Shown piece by piece: positions 50,395 through 60,343 of a DNA stretch of 64,000 nt. Each line of letters begins with the position of its first letter. The first letter of the stretch is position 1. The notes under the pieces are model-generated. The model saw nothing but the letters and a program-made list of their open reading frames with translations. It did not search any database and was not told the origin of the DNA. This DNA comes from an uncultured Nitrospinaceae bacterium. GTDB lineage: Bacteria > UBA8248. The DNA lies in contig CAXFSR010000063.1 of the NCBI GenBank assembly GCA_964005815.1, forward strand, positions 1 through 64,000. The letters run 5' to 3'. Both the position numbers and the translations under genes were made by a program.

Positions 50395-51791
50395 TTCACC
50401 AACTCCATTTCGACTTCATGTTCTGGATAAAAACCCTGAACATTCTGCACTCCGCTTCGGAGGATCTTTACGTTAACCGTTTGACCTATTTTCAGATTGT
50501 TTTCCTTAGAAAGAAAAACTACTCGCTGACTACCTCTATTTCTTCCTACATAAGAAACAAATTCTTCTTCTGAATTTACTGCTCCCGAACAACAAGAAGC
50601 ACAATCTAATAAGTTTTTCTTTTTTTCTAGTTTTTTGTCAATCAAAACCTCTTGGACACTTCCAAGGAGTTTATCATGATTTTCTTTTGTTATTTCTTTC
50701 TGAACGTTGGCTAACTCTTCAAATCTTTCATCGATAACCTTCTCATCAACCAAACAATCCATTCCGTATGCCGGTGTACCAGGTCTTGGAGAATACTTGA
50801 AACTATAAATACCTTCAAAACTTGACTGACGAACTAAGTCTAGAGTTTCTTCAAAATCCTTGTCAGTCTCCCCAGGGAACCCTACTATTACATCCGAGGT
50901 CAAAACCCCTCCTGGAATCTTATCATAAAACAAAGATATTTTTTCTAGGTACTCTTCAGAGGTGTATCCTCGCTCCATTTTTTCCAAAATATTATTTGAA
51001 CCAGACTGAAAAGGAAGGTGCAAATGTTCACAAACTTTATCATTTGCTGCCATAGATTCAATCATTTCCAAATCACAATTCTGAGGATGTGATGTTGTAA
51101 ACCTGATCCTTTGAAGTCCATCTATTTTATTTATTTTCCCAAGCAATCCACCAAAGCTTAATTCGCTATTGTCTTTCAACCCATATGAGTTTACATTTTG
51201 ACCTAACAAAGTCACTTCTACAAACCCTTCTTCAACTGCTTTTTCTACTTCCTCAACTATAAGATGGCTAGGCTTGCTCCATTCTGGCCCCCGTGTGTAA
51301 GGGACCACACAGAACGTACAGAAATTATCACAACCCCTGGCAATACTAACCCAACAGCTTTTACCGTTCTCTCTATTCATGGGTTCAAGCGATGTGAAAT
51401 CCGGAACCATAGCTTCGGTGTCTACTACGGTACCTTCTTCCATTTTTTCGAGAAGTTCAGGAAGCTTTGCGATATTTTGGGTTCCAAAAATAAGGTCAAC
51501 AGACTTTGCTCTTTTTGCTATTTCTTCCCCTGCCCTATTTGCAAAACATCCACATACTGCAATCTTCATATTTGGGTTCTTCTTTTTTAGTTTATTCAAC
51601 CTACCAATCTGACTGTAAACTTTATCTTCAGCTTTTTCACGAATTGAACAAGTATTTACAATAACCAGATCAGAATCTCCTGCTTCCTCAGAAGGTTGAT
51701 AGCCTTCTTGTTCAAGATATCCCGAAATGGTTTCAGAATCATATTTATTCATTTGACACCCATAGGTGTATAATGAAAAACGTTTAGCCAA
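50391..51791 (-). CDS. miaB: tRNA-2-methylthio-N6-isopentenyladenosine(37) methylthiotransferase
   Basis: TYGCQMNKYDS, NTCSIREKA, CDNFCTFC, YSPRPGT, TRAM domain; TTG 51791 after GGAG. Confidence 0.93.
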   Translation of the reverse strand: MAKRFSLYTYGCQMNKYDSETISGYLEQEGYQPSEEAGDSDLVIVNTCSIREKAEDKVYSQIGRLNKLKKKNPNMKIAVCGCFANRAGEEIAKRAKSVDLIFGTQNIAKLPELLEKMEEGTVVDTEAMVPDFTSLEPMNRENGKSCWVSIARGCDNFCTFCVVPYTRGPEWSKPSHLIVEEVEKAVEEGFVEVTLLGQNVNSYGLKDNSELSFGGLLGKINKIDGLQRIRFTTSHPQNCDLEMIESMAANDKVCEHLHLPFQSGSNNILEKMERGYTSEEYLEKISLFYDKIPGGVLTSDVIVGFPGETDKDFEETLDLVRQSSFEGIYSFKYSPRPGTPAYGMDCLVDEKVIDERFEELANVQKEITKENHDKLLGSVQEVLIDKKLEKKKNLLDCASCCSGAVNSEEEFVSYVGRNRGSQRVVFLSKENNLKIGQTVNVKILRSGVQNVQGFYPEHEVEMELVK

Positions 51792-51872
51792 GTTGCACTC
51801 CAATAAAAGGAAAACTACCAAGCAAGTATTGCTAAACCAAAATTACCATGTCAACTTGCAACAGAACTAAAA

Positions 51873-52472
51873 ATGTACTTTACAAAAAATGAACATGAGA
51901 AAGAAAAAGATAAAATGAGTATTTTCACAGTATGTATTTTAGGCAAGAGACAAAGCTATGAAAAAAATTCGTTTATTGAATCATCAAAGATTTTCACAAA
52001 AGTTTTAAACAAAAACGGTTTTTACACTCAAACAAGAACATTAGGCTGGCCATCTCCTCATGGGTTGCTAGACAAAGTTGTCACAAGAGTTAGCGATCAG
52101 TTATTTATAGACCTTCAAATACCTAAAAAATACGATATTCTTTTCCTTATTGATCAATATGAATCTATCTCAGAAAGAGACATTTCTATTTTTTTAAAAA
52201 GAGGCGGATTCTTCATAAGGAATTCTCTTAGAGAATCGATTGTAACTCATGGCAATTTCACAAAAATATATTTCAATTTCAACAAACTACAGCACAATAA
52301 CAATCCACATATTCTTTCATATACAATCCATAAATTGTTTAATTTATTTTTTTCTTCGGGAAAAAAAGATCATTTATTAGACGACACAAGTTATTCATCA
52401 GAAAGAGAATATAAGCTAGAAATCGATTCTTTTTTTGAGAGAGAATTTTTTGATAAAATCCAAGAAAAATAA
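51873..52472 (+). CDS. Hypothetical protein, distantly resembling 2-oxoacid:ferredoxin oxidoreductase gamma subunit (PorC)
   Basis: Pattern ...G.YTQ...G...TRVSD...P...D..LID...LK.GG..I.NS recalls PorC; GxGGQG loop absent; alternative start 51915. Confidence 0.5.
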   Translation: MYFTKNEHEKEKDKMSIFTVCILGKRQSYEKNSFIESSKIFTKVLNKNGFYTQTRTLGWPSPHGLLDKVVTRVSDQLFIDLQIPKKYDILFLIDQYESISERDISIFLKRGGFFIRNSLRESIVTHGNFTKIYFNFNKLQHNNNPHILSYTIHKLFNLFFSSGKKDHLLDDTSYSSEREYKLEIDSFFEREFFDKIQEK

Positions 52473-52661
52473 CTTAAACAATTCCCTTTCTTTTTCCCAA
52501 TATCACGATATAACTAAGGATACGTAAAATTTAATTTGCAATTTTACGTTCTAATTGCTAGTATTCCTCTACCCGCCCTGTTTTTTTTATTTCTTTTGTA
52601 TTCCGCCTAATAATTTTAATCAGTTCAATCGCCCAAGTTTTATCAATTTTTGGAGAAAAAA

Positions 52662-52934
52662 ATGAATAAAGGCGACTTAGTAGAAGCAATTGCAAGTGAA
52701 GCGGACATGAGTAAATCTCAAGCTGGATCTGTAATTGATGCATTTGTCTCATCCGTCACTAAAGCTTTAAAAAGTGGTGACAAAGTAACTTTAACTGGTT
52801 TTGGAACTTTCAGTGTTTCAAAACGAGCAGCAAGAGATGGAAGAAATCCAAGAACAGGCGAAACCATCAAGGTAGCTGCTGCAAATGTACCAAAATTTAA
52901 AGCTGGCGCAGGACTAAAAGGTTCCGTGAATTAG
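52662..52934 (+). CDS. hup: DNA-binding protein HU
   Basis: [39 protein letters not shown]. Confidence 0.95.
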   Translation: MNKGDLVEAIASEADMSKSQAGSVIDAFVSSVTKALKSGDKVTLTGFGTFSVSKRAARDGRNPRTGETIKVAAANVPKFKAGAGLKGSVN

Positions 52935-52977
52935 TTTTATTTAGAAGTAGTTAATTAAAATTTCAAATTAGATACTA

Positions 52978-53781
52978 TTAAGATTCGCTAATTACAGGAT
53001 CTCCGTTATCCCATAGATTCTCATGGGCAAGAATAGCTTTTTTTGCATTTTCAGTGAATTCTTCGAAGTTTTTTGTTATTTGCGAACAAGATTCTATTAG
53101 TTTACTTCCCAGCATTATATTTTCTTCGGAGAATTCAAGACCTAATTTCCTCAAAATTATTTTTGCTCTCCCATCTAGAAAAAGTGATTTCAGGTCATGT
53201 AAATCTCCATAAAATTTCCTGGGTGCACTTCTTGCTCTAAAAATCTTTTCTGGTTCACAATCATATAAAACAGCTAACCCATCACAAAATTCATTTATCT
53301 GATCAGTTTCCATAGCATCTCTAGATGCATTAAGTAAATTAGCAACAGATTCATCCTCAAGATATATTGAATAATCTACAGAAATTTCCGTCAAAATATG
53401 AGAAACATAAAACTTTGTAGAGGGATCCAAATCAATATCAAATTTGAAACAAAAATCTTCCAAAAAAGGAATTAATTCTTTCCCTTTTTGATAAGTGTAT
53501 CCTTTTTTTTCTTTCGGACTTAACAATTCTAAAGGTTTATTTATTGACCCATAATGACAGTAATTATCGACTATCAAATGGCATTTCACCCACTTCAACT
53601 TTGGATATTTTTCATATGCTCCTTTAGGCAATTGAAATTTATGAGTCTCTTTGGCATTGAATTCTTCCGATAAAGGCAACGAATCTGGGACAATGTTATA
53701 TACATAGACATCTGAATCATGTGCTTGCGAAGTTTCCTTCAGCACTTCTCGAAGAATTAATGTATGGCAATTTGTCAACAA
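52978..53781 (-). CDS. Hypothetical protein with Zn-dependent phospholipase C/P1-nuclease-like ligand pattern
   Basis: With TTG start 53781 (GGAG 8 nt upstream): N-terminal H, PD, H, HLIVDNYCH (HxxxDxxxH), HILTE...D. Confidence 0.5.
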   Translation of the reverse strand: MLTNCHTLILREVLKETSQAHDSDVYVYNIVPDSLPLSEEFNAKETHKFQLPKGAYEKYPKLKWVKCHLIVDNYCHYGSINKPLELLSPKEKKGYTYQKGKELIPFLEDFCFKFDIDLDPSTKFYVSHILTEISVDYSIYLEDESVANLLNASRDAMETDQINEFCDGLAVLYDCEPEKIFRARSAPRKFYGDLHDLKSLFLDGRAKIILRKLGLEFSEENIMLGSKLIESCSQITKNFEEFTENAKKAILAHENLWDNGDPVISES

Positions 53782-53806
53782 AACCTGCACTCCCAAAATT
53801 ATTTCT

Positions 53807-54640
53807 TCACAATAACTTACAAATTCCATCTTCGTAAGTTATTCTTTTCTCTTCTTTAAGTTTTTCTATGATGGACTTAATCATGTTGACACCAAATTTT
53901 AATTGGTCTTCTCTTAAATTCCTGTAGATATGCTTTGCCACTTCTTCCAATGTAGAGTCATTCTTCAACAATGCTTCGAGAACTTGATTTTCTCTTTTAT
54001 CGCGATGTGAAAGCAAGTGATTGATTCTCTCTTTTGGATTTTTAATTGGTTTTCCATGACCAGGAAAAATTAATTCAGGCCCCATATCCAACACTTTTTC
54101 GAGTGACCGAATATATACAGCCAAATTTCCTAATGGCGGAGTAACAGCTGTTGTCGTATCCGTCAAAATATTATCTCCTCCTATTAGAATTTTTTCCTCT
54201 TCCCACCAAAAAGTAAGATGACCGGGAGAATGTCCAGGTGTAAAGATTGCTTTCAAATTAATCTCTCCAATATTCACAACAAAATCCTCTTCAATAGGAA
54301 CAAAGGACAGTTCTAGTTCTCTTTCCTTCATTAAATCAATCTCAATAGGATGTGCATGACAGGGAACTGCAAAAGCTTCACAAACAGCCTTAGCATTACC
54401 GGAATGATCGTAATGCTGATGGGTTAAAACAAACTTATCAAGAACTCCATTTGTTTCTTTTCTTATCCAATCGACAACTTCATCTTTTTGTATACTGTAA
54501 CCTGAGTCAAACAAAACATAAGGACCATTTCCAACTAGAATAATTTCCACATGTTCCATATATGCATCTTCAGGAGCAAAGATTCTCTTTGACTTTATTA
54601 CATCAGAGAAATTCGACGCCATGTTTTCTATAGTGGTCAT
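53807..54640 (-). CDS. Metallo-beta-lactamase fold hydrolase (LACTB2-like, C-terminal winged helix)
   Basis: THQHYDH, TPGHSPGH, GDNIL, PGHG, HR..RE.Q. Confidence 0.85.
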   Translation of the reverse strand: MTTIENMASNFSDVIKSKRIFAPEDAYMEHVEIILVGNGPYVLFDSGYSIQKDEVVDWIRKETNGVLDKFVLTHQHYDHSGNAKAVCEAFAVPCHAHPIEIDLMKERELELSFVPIEEDFVVNIGEINLKAIFTPGHSPGHLTFWWEEEKILIGGDNILTDTTTAVTPPLGNLAVYIRSLEKVLDMGPELIFPGHGKPIKNPKERINHLLSHRDKRENQVLEALLKNDSTLEEVAKHIYRNLREDQLKFGVNMIKSIIEKLKEEKRITYEDGICKLL

Positions 54641-54805
54641 TTAAAATCCTTATTCAATCAGTAAAACCGTATCTTATATAAGAGGAAAGAAACGATAGCA
54701 AACAAGATAGAAATAATTAACAAAAATAAAATTCATATGTGATATTTTCGTTTTGTAGAGAAGTCTTATATATTAGCTTCAAAAGATAATCAGGAGTCTT
54801 CTTAC

Positions 54806-55801
54806 ATGAATGAAAATAGAGTTCGCATAGGATCAATTGGTTTAGGAAGATGGGCACACACTCTTGCGAGAGCAGCTCAAAAAACGGGAAATATTGATTT
54901 GACCTTATGTTTTGACCCTGAACAAGAGGTTGCAGAACAATTTTCAAATGAATTTGAATGTACCGTTTCTTCTTCTCTAGAAGATATCTTAAATAGCGAC
55001 AAGATAGATGGCGTAATCATTGCAACCCCACATTCAACACATACAAAATTAGTTTGCGAAGCAGCTTCATTCAAAAAAGATATTTTTATTGAAAAACCAT
55101 TCACATTGAATGTAAAAGATGCACATAAATGCATTGCCGCTGCAAAAGAAAACAATACTCTAATTCAAGTAGGACATAAAAGAAGATGGATCAATGCGAA
55201 TAAAAAATTAAAAGAACTGGTGGTTACAGGAGAACTTGGAGAGGTACATCATCTTGAAGCGAATTACTCAAAGCCCATTATGCAAAAACCTAAAGATAAC
55301 TGGAGAAACAATCCTCTAGAATCACCTGCAGGCGGGATGACTGCCCTAGGTATTCACATGGTTGACCTGCTTTATTATTTAGCAGGTACCGCGAAACGTC
55401 TGTCTGCATTCAGTAAAAAATTACACGGAAAATCCAATCTAGATGATGTGACTTCTATTCTTTTTGAATTTGAAAATGGACAAACTGGGTATGTAGCAAC
55501 ATCCGTCGTTGTCCCATTCAACCTTAGCGCTGCAGTATATGGCACAAAAGCAAATGCATGGTCTTACGATGACGGAAAAAAAATGTACTTTCAGACAAAA
55601 GACGAATCATCAAGAAAAGAAATTGCAATCGAAACGAACGACTGTGTTATGGAAGAACTCAAACATTTCGCTGAATGTATCATTAGCAGGAAAACCCCTC
55701 TTGTAAGTGGCCATGAAGGTTTGGAGATAATCGCTACACTGGAAGCTGTCTTAGAAAGTTCAAATATGGGAAAGGTAGTTGAACTTAATCAATTCCGATA
55801 A
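54806..55801 (+). CDS. Gfo/Idh/MocA family oxidoreductase
   Basis: GLGRW, IATPH..H, IEKP, GGM..LGIH..D. Confidence 0.9.
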   Translation: MNENRVRIGSIGLGRWAHTLARAAQKTGNIDLTLCFDPEQEVAEQFSNEFECTVSSSLEDILNSDKIDGVIIATPHSTHTKLVCEAASFKKDIFIEKPFTLNVKDAHKCIAAAKENNTLIQVGHKRRWINANKKLKELVVTGELGEVHHLEANYSKPIMQKPKDNWRNNPLESPAGGMTALGIHMVDLLYYLAGTAKRLSAFSKKLHGKSNLDDVTSILFEFENGQTGYVATSVVVPFNLSAAVYGTKANAWSYDDGKKMYFQTKDESSRKEIAIETNDCVMEELKHFAECIISRKTPLVSGHEGLEIIATLEAVLESSNMGKVVELNQFR

Positions 55802-55839
55802 GGATTTAATTTCTCAATACTAAACTCGGAGATTATTAA

Positions 55840-56718
55840 TTGAAAAAAATTGGATACATTGGTCTTGGAAAAATGGGAGGGACCATTTCTGACATCATTC
55901 TTGCCTCTGGATATGAGGTTTTTGGTTATGACCCTGAAAAAATAGCTTGTAATAAATTCAAAAAAAAGGGAGGCAAAATTCTTTCCTCTCCAAAAGAAGT
56001 TGCCAAAAAATCAGATATTGTCTTAGCTTCACTACCCAACGACAACATAGTCCGTGAAGTTATTTTTGGCAAAAATGGTATTTCAGAAATAAAAAAGAAA
56101 TTAATTTTCGCTGACATAAGTACCGTGTATCCAGAAATCACAAAAGAAATATCCAGGACCTTAGGCAAACAATCAATTTCTTATTTAGATGCTACTGTTA
56201 GCGGAAATCCAAAAGTTGCGAAAAGAAAAGAATTAGTCCTCATGTGCGGAGGAACAAAGACTTCGTTCAATACGTGTCTTCCTATTTTTCGCACATTCAC
56301 AAAAAAACAATTTTACATGGGGCCAAGTGGCAGCGGTTCTTTAATGAAAATGGTCGTAAATACGATCAGTGAAATTAATAGGACTGCAATAGGGGAAGGA
56401 TTTAGTTTAGGTAAAAAAGGTGGCCTAAAAGGAGACACTATGCTTGAAGTTTTAAAAGAAGGAGCTGCCTATTCAAAACAGATGGATCTAAAGGGAGATA
56501 GAATCCTTCACGCCAACTACTCCTCTCCAGAATCTACTATTCAGCAATGCATTAAAACGGCAAATCAGATATTGAAGACCGCCAATGAATTAAACCACCC
56601 TATTCCTATGACTGCTCTTAGAACTCAGTTATACCAGGCGGTCGCCAGCATGGGTCATGCGAATGATGATTCTTCAAGTATTGCAGAATTATTTAACAAA
56701 TTATCCGGAACAAAATAA
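55840..56718 (+). CDS. NAD(P)-dependent beta-hydroxyacid dehydrogenase (3-hydroxyisobutyrate/tartronate semialdehyde reductase family)
   Basis: GYIGLGKMG, DATVSG, GSG..MKMVVN. Confidence 0.88.
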   Translation: MKKIGYIGLGKMGGTISDIILASGYEVFGYDPEKIACNKFKKKGGKILSSPKEVAKKSDIVLASLPNDNIVREVIFGKNGISEIKKKLIFADISTVYPEITKEISRTLGKQSISYLDATVSGNPKVAKRKELVLMCGGTKTSFNTCLPIFRTFTKKQFYMGPSGSGSLMKMVVNTISEINRTAIGEGFSLGKKGGLKGDTMLEVLKEGAAYSKQMDLKGDRILHANYSSPESTIQQCIKTANQILKTANELNHPIPMTALRTQLYQAVASMGHANDDSSSIAELFNKLSGTK

Positions 56719-56736
56719 AAAAGAAGGATTTCAACC

Positions 56737-57858
56737 TTGAAGAAAATCTATTTATTATGTTTTTTGCCTATTTTTTTCATGTCTTTTCTAATTGTTTCAT
56801 CAGAAGAAAAACTCAAACCAACTTTCAAATACAGCAAAGAAGTACTCCCACTTGACCGTGAAACCAGAGAAATTCGACAGCGGTACAGGGGAAAAATATT
56901 CGATTCCCATGCACATTTAACAATCAGAGAAGGTGGTTACTGTGACGAAGAAGAATCTACAAACAGCATTGTAAATGCCATCAAAAAAACTCTTGATGAA
57001 CAAAATGTATCACAGATAACCATAATGTCGGTTCCAAATTCTGGAAGAATGAAAAATTACAATGTTGATGTTCAAAAGTCTCTTAAAAAAGTATTGGGAA
57101 AAAGAATGTACCTTCTATGTTGCACTCACTACATTACAAACTGGGCAAATCAACAATACGAAAACAAAGCTAAAGTAAATGACCTGAAAGATGAATTAAA
57201 AGAAATTTTTACCAGATTAAACAAAGATCTACAAAATCCCTTATATTCAGGAGTTGGAGAGATTGCATTTTTGCACTTCAACAAAAGAGGTCATCAAGCA
57301 CTTATCAAATTTCCAGCAAATTATCCTCCTTTTCTAAAAATCCTAGACAAAATAGCAAATTCAAATAAGAAAAATCTATACTTTAACTTACACACAGAAC
57401 CTATTGATTCAGACAACCAAGATTCATATCATGATATGGCTTTTGGCGGAGCGGAGTTTCTATTTAAAAGATACCCAAACTTTAAATGGGTATATGCACA
57501 TTCTGCAATGACGCCACCTTCCAATGTAAGAATCATATTAAAAAGATTTCCAAATCTCATGATGGATTTCAATCTCAAAAAATCACATATACGAGATCAT
57601 AATGGTTGGGCCTATCTTTCGAATCCAAGCAACAACGAATGGGAACCATACGAAGACTGGGCAGAGCTCATGGAAGAGATGCCCGACAGATTTATGGTCG
57701 GTACAGATACAAAATTTTGCCAAAGAGGCCATACCATAGGAATTAGAAATTACAAGAAACAAATTAAAAGATTTAGAAAATTTTTAGGTGCACTTAATAG
57801 AGAAACAGCAGAAAAAATATCATACAAGAATGCTGAAATATTTTTCAATAACAAATAA
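56737..57858 (+). CDS. Secreted amidohydrolase-family (TIM barrel) protein
   Basis: Signal peptide, DSHAH, GVGE, LHTE, YAHS, RFMVGTD, I.YKNA. Confidence 0.75.
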   Translation: MKKIYLLCFLPIFFMSFLIVSSEEKLKPTFKYSKEVLPLDRETREIRQRYRGKIFDSHAHLTIREGGYCDEEESTNSIVNAIKKTLDEQNVSQITIMSVPNSGRMKNYNVDVQKSLKKVLGKRMYLLCCTHYITNWANQQYENKAKVNDLKDELKEIFTRLNKDLQNPLYSGVGEIAFLHFNKRGHQALIKFPANYPPFLKILDKIANSNKKNLYFNLHTEPIDSDNQDSYHDMAFGGAEFLFKRYPNFKWVYAHSAMTPPSNVRIILKRFPNLMMDFNLKKSHIRDHNGWAYLSNPSNNEWEPYEDWAELMEEMPDRFMVGTDTKFCQRGHTIGIRNYKKQIKRFRKFLGALNRETAEKISYKNAEIFFNNK

Positions 57859-57877
57859 TTCTCTCATCATAAAAAAA

Positions 57878-59050
57878 TCAAACCTTGACTCTTATCCGAT
57901 CTAAAACTATCGCAATACAACTTGCCACAAGGAAAAAACCAGAATACAAGAGAAATGAAAATTGCAAATTGAACAATTCCGCCATAACACCTCCCACGAT
58001 AGGAGAAATCATGGAACCCATTTCATTTACTGCATAAATGAGTCCTATCGCACTTGCTCTTTTTTCTTCATCAACCAATTCTGTTCCCACAGCTAACACA
58101 AGGCTTGGGACTGGAGTCAGAAAAGAACCAATTAAAAAAATAGGAAATAAAATTATAGTGCTTGAACTTACAAAAGAGATTGTTCCCATCGCCATACTAC
58201 ACAAAAAAGTAAGATAGAGGATATACTTAGTCTTTTCTCCCTTATCAGATGACTTTCCAACTACGAAAGTAGTAATAATGCCAATAATAAAATACATTGA
58301 AAGGATCCATCCAATTGCCTGCACTTCATAATTAAACTGTTGTGCAAGTAGTAAAGGCAAAAAAGTCATCAAACCTCTAAACCCAGTAATTCTAAAAGTT
58401 GAAACCAACAACAGAAGCATTAAGGGTTTATTCTTGGTTAATGACCAAAAAGTTGCAAGTGCAGCCTGTTTCATTGGTCTTTCGTCTCTTTTTGAATCTT
58501 TGAAAAGAATAAAAATTATAACCGCCATAATTATTGAAGGAAAAATAGCCAAATGAGAAGCAATGCGCCAACTAAAATATACAGCTATGGTACTTACTAT
58601 CCAGGGAGTTAAAATACTTCCAACCTCTCCTCCACCAGCAAAATACGCCATACTTAATCCTCTTTGATTTGGCATTTCTCTCGTTAACAAAGAAACCGCA
58701 GGTGGGTGATAAGCAGAACATCCGAGACCACTAAGGAAAACTAAAAAAAGCAAAGTCATAAAATCAGGAGCAAATCCATAAAAAAATACAGGAATGGATT
58801 GAACCATTAGACTAGTAACAAGTATAGTTCTCCACTTACCAAGATAATCGCCTAGGAATGAAATAGGAAACTGAAAAACACCGTTTGCAAACGCAAAAAC
58901 AGAAGCAATCAGTCCTACCTCAAAGTAACTCAAATTAAGTTCTGCAGAAATAAGTGGAATTATTGGCGTAATAAACAAGAGGTAGAATGTGTTCACTCCA
59001 TGACTAGCTGAAAGGGCAATCACATTTTTTTTATTAACTGAGTCCATCAC
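57878..59050 (-). CDS. MFS transporter (FSR-like)
   Basis: ~12 hydrophobic segments, SH.VN, AYHPPA. Confidence 0.85.
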   Translation of the reverse strand: MMDSVNKKNVIALSASHGVNTFYLLFITPIIPLISAELNLSYFEVGLIASVFAFANGVFQFPISFLGDYLGKWRTILVTSLMVQSIPVFFYGFAPDFMTLLFLVFLSGLGCSAYHPPAVSLLTREMPNQRGLSMAYFAGGGEVGSILTPWIVSTIAVYFSWRIASHLAIFPSIIMAVIIFILFKDSKRDERPMKQAALATFWSLTKNKPLMLLLLVSTFRITGFRGLMTFLPLLLAQQFNYEVQAIGWILSMYFIIGIITTFVVGKSSDKGEKTKYILYLTFLCSMAMGTISFVSSSTIILFPIFLIGSFLTPVPSLVLAVGTELVDEEKRASAIGLIYAVNEMGSMISPIVGGVMAELFNLQFSFLLYSGFFLVASCIAIVLDRIRVKV

Positions 59051-59101
59051 AAAAAACCTTTACTAAAACTAAACTTTTAGTTAGTAGGAAGAGACTATTA
59101 T

Positions 59102-60343
59102 TTGAAAACAGAAAAAGTAACACAAGGCTACATAAGATTCATCCGCGAAAACCCTAGATTTTTACTTTATGGTTTCCTATTAACTTTCTTCTCATGTTTC
59201 GGCCAAACGTACTACATTTCTATTTTCAGTTCTGAAATACGTTCAATTTTCTCATTATCCCATGGGGACTACGGATTGATCTATGCAATTGCAACAGTAG
59301 GAAGCGCCACGACACTCGTTTGGGTCGGAAAATTCATCGACAGAATGGACCTTCGAACTTACACAATTCTTGTACTTCTCGGTCTATCTTTGGCTTGCTT
59401 GCTATTCTCTTTTGTCTCTTCAGTAATCTTATTGACTCTATCTCTTTTTCTACTTCGTCTTTTTGGACAAGGCCTTATGATGCACACTTCGGTTACTTCC
59501 ATGGGAAGATATTTCGAAGAAACACGAGGCAAAGCAGTTAGCCTAGTTTCTTTTGGCAATCCATTAGGACAAGGAATGCTAGTTTCTTTGGCTATCTTTT
59601 TACTTGCTTATCTAGATTGGAAAACAATTTGGGTAGCATCTTCAATTGCAACCATTATAATTATTGCTCCTATTATACTTATTCTCCTTGGAAACCATCC
59701 TGTTAGAAAAAGACAAACAATATCTAACAACTCTACTAAAACAAATACCGTCAGCAGTTGGACTAGAAAAGAAGTACTTAGAGATATTCGATTTTATCTA
59801 ATACTTCCTCTTATGCTTGCTCCTTCCTATATAACAACAGGTTTTTTCTTTCATATGTCTCATTTAGTAGATACTAAAGGGTGGGATCTGAATATTTTCA
59901 CGCAAACTTTTTATATGTATGTTGTTTCCTCACTCTTAACAGCATTGATTACGGGCAATGTAACAGATAAATTTGGAGCAAAAAAAATTCTACCTTTATC
60001 ATTAATTCCTCAATGCGTTGCAATGTTAATTCTTGTAGTAACAAACCATCCTATTGCCCAAATTTTTTACATGTTCACATCAGGGATGACAGTAGGGATT
60101 AGAGTAACAATTGGTGGAGCTATATGGCCTGAAATATACGGAGTAAACAATCTTGGTGGAATTCGTGCATTGGCAACATTCTTTATGGTTCTATCAACGG
60201 CAATTGCTCCTGTTTCTATGGGATATTTAATAGATGCTGGTGTCACTATGGAATTGATAGCTTTAGGCTGCTTTATATATATGACTTTTTCTTCAATCGC
60301 TGCATGGTTTGGTGTGAGAATCAAAAATAACTCACATACTTAA
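59102..60343 (+). CDS. MFS transporter
   Basis: FFSCFGQTYYIS, GKFIDR, LRLFGQG, WPEIYG..NLG.IR; ~12 TM. Confidence 0.85.
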   Translation: MKTEKVTQGYIRFIRENPRFLLYGFLLTFFSCFGQTYYISIFSSEIRSIFSLSHGDYGLIYAIATVGSATTLVWVGKFIDRMDLRTYTILVLLGLSLACLLFSFVSSVILLTLSLFLLRLFGQGLMMHTSVTSMGRYFEETRGKAVSLVSFGNPLGQGMLVSLAIFLLAYLDWKTIWVASSIATIIIIAPIILILLGNHPVRKRQTISNNSTKTNTVSSWTRKEVLRDIRFYLILPLMLAPSYITTGFFFHMSHLVDTKGWDLNIFTQTFYMYVVSSLLTALITGNVTDKFGAKKILPLSLIPQCVAMLILVVTNHPIAQIFYMFTSGMTVGIRVTIGGAIWPEIYGVNNLGGIRALATFFMVLSTAIAPVSMGYLIDAGVTMELIALGCFIYMTFSSIAAWFGVRIKNNSHT

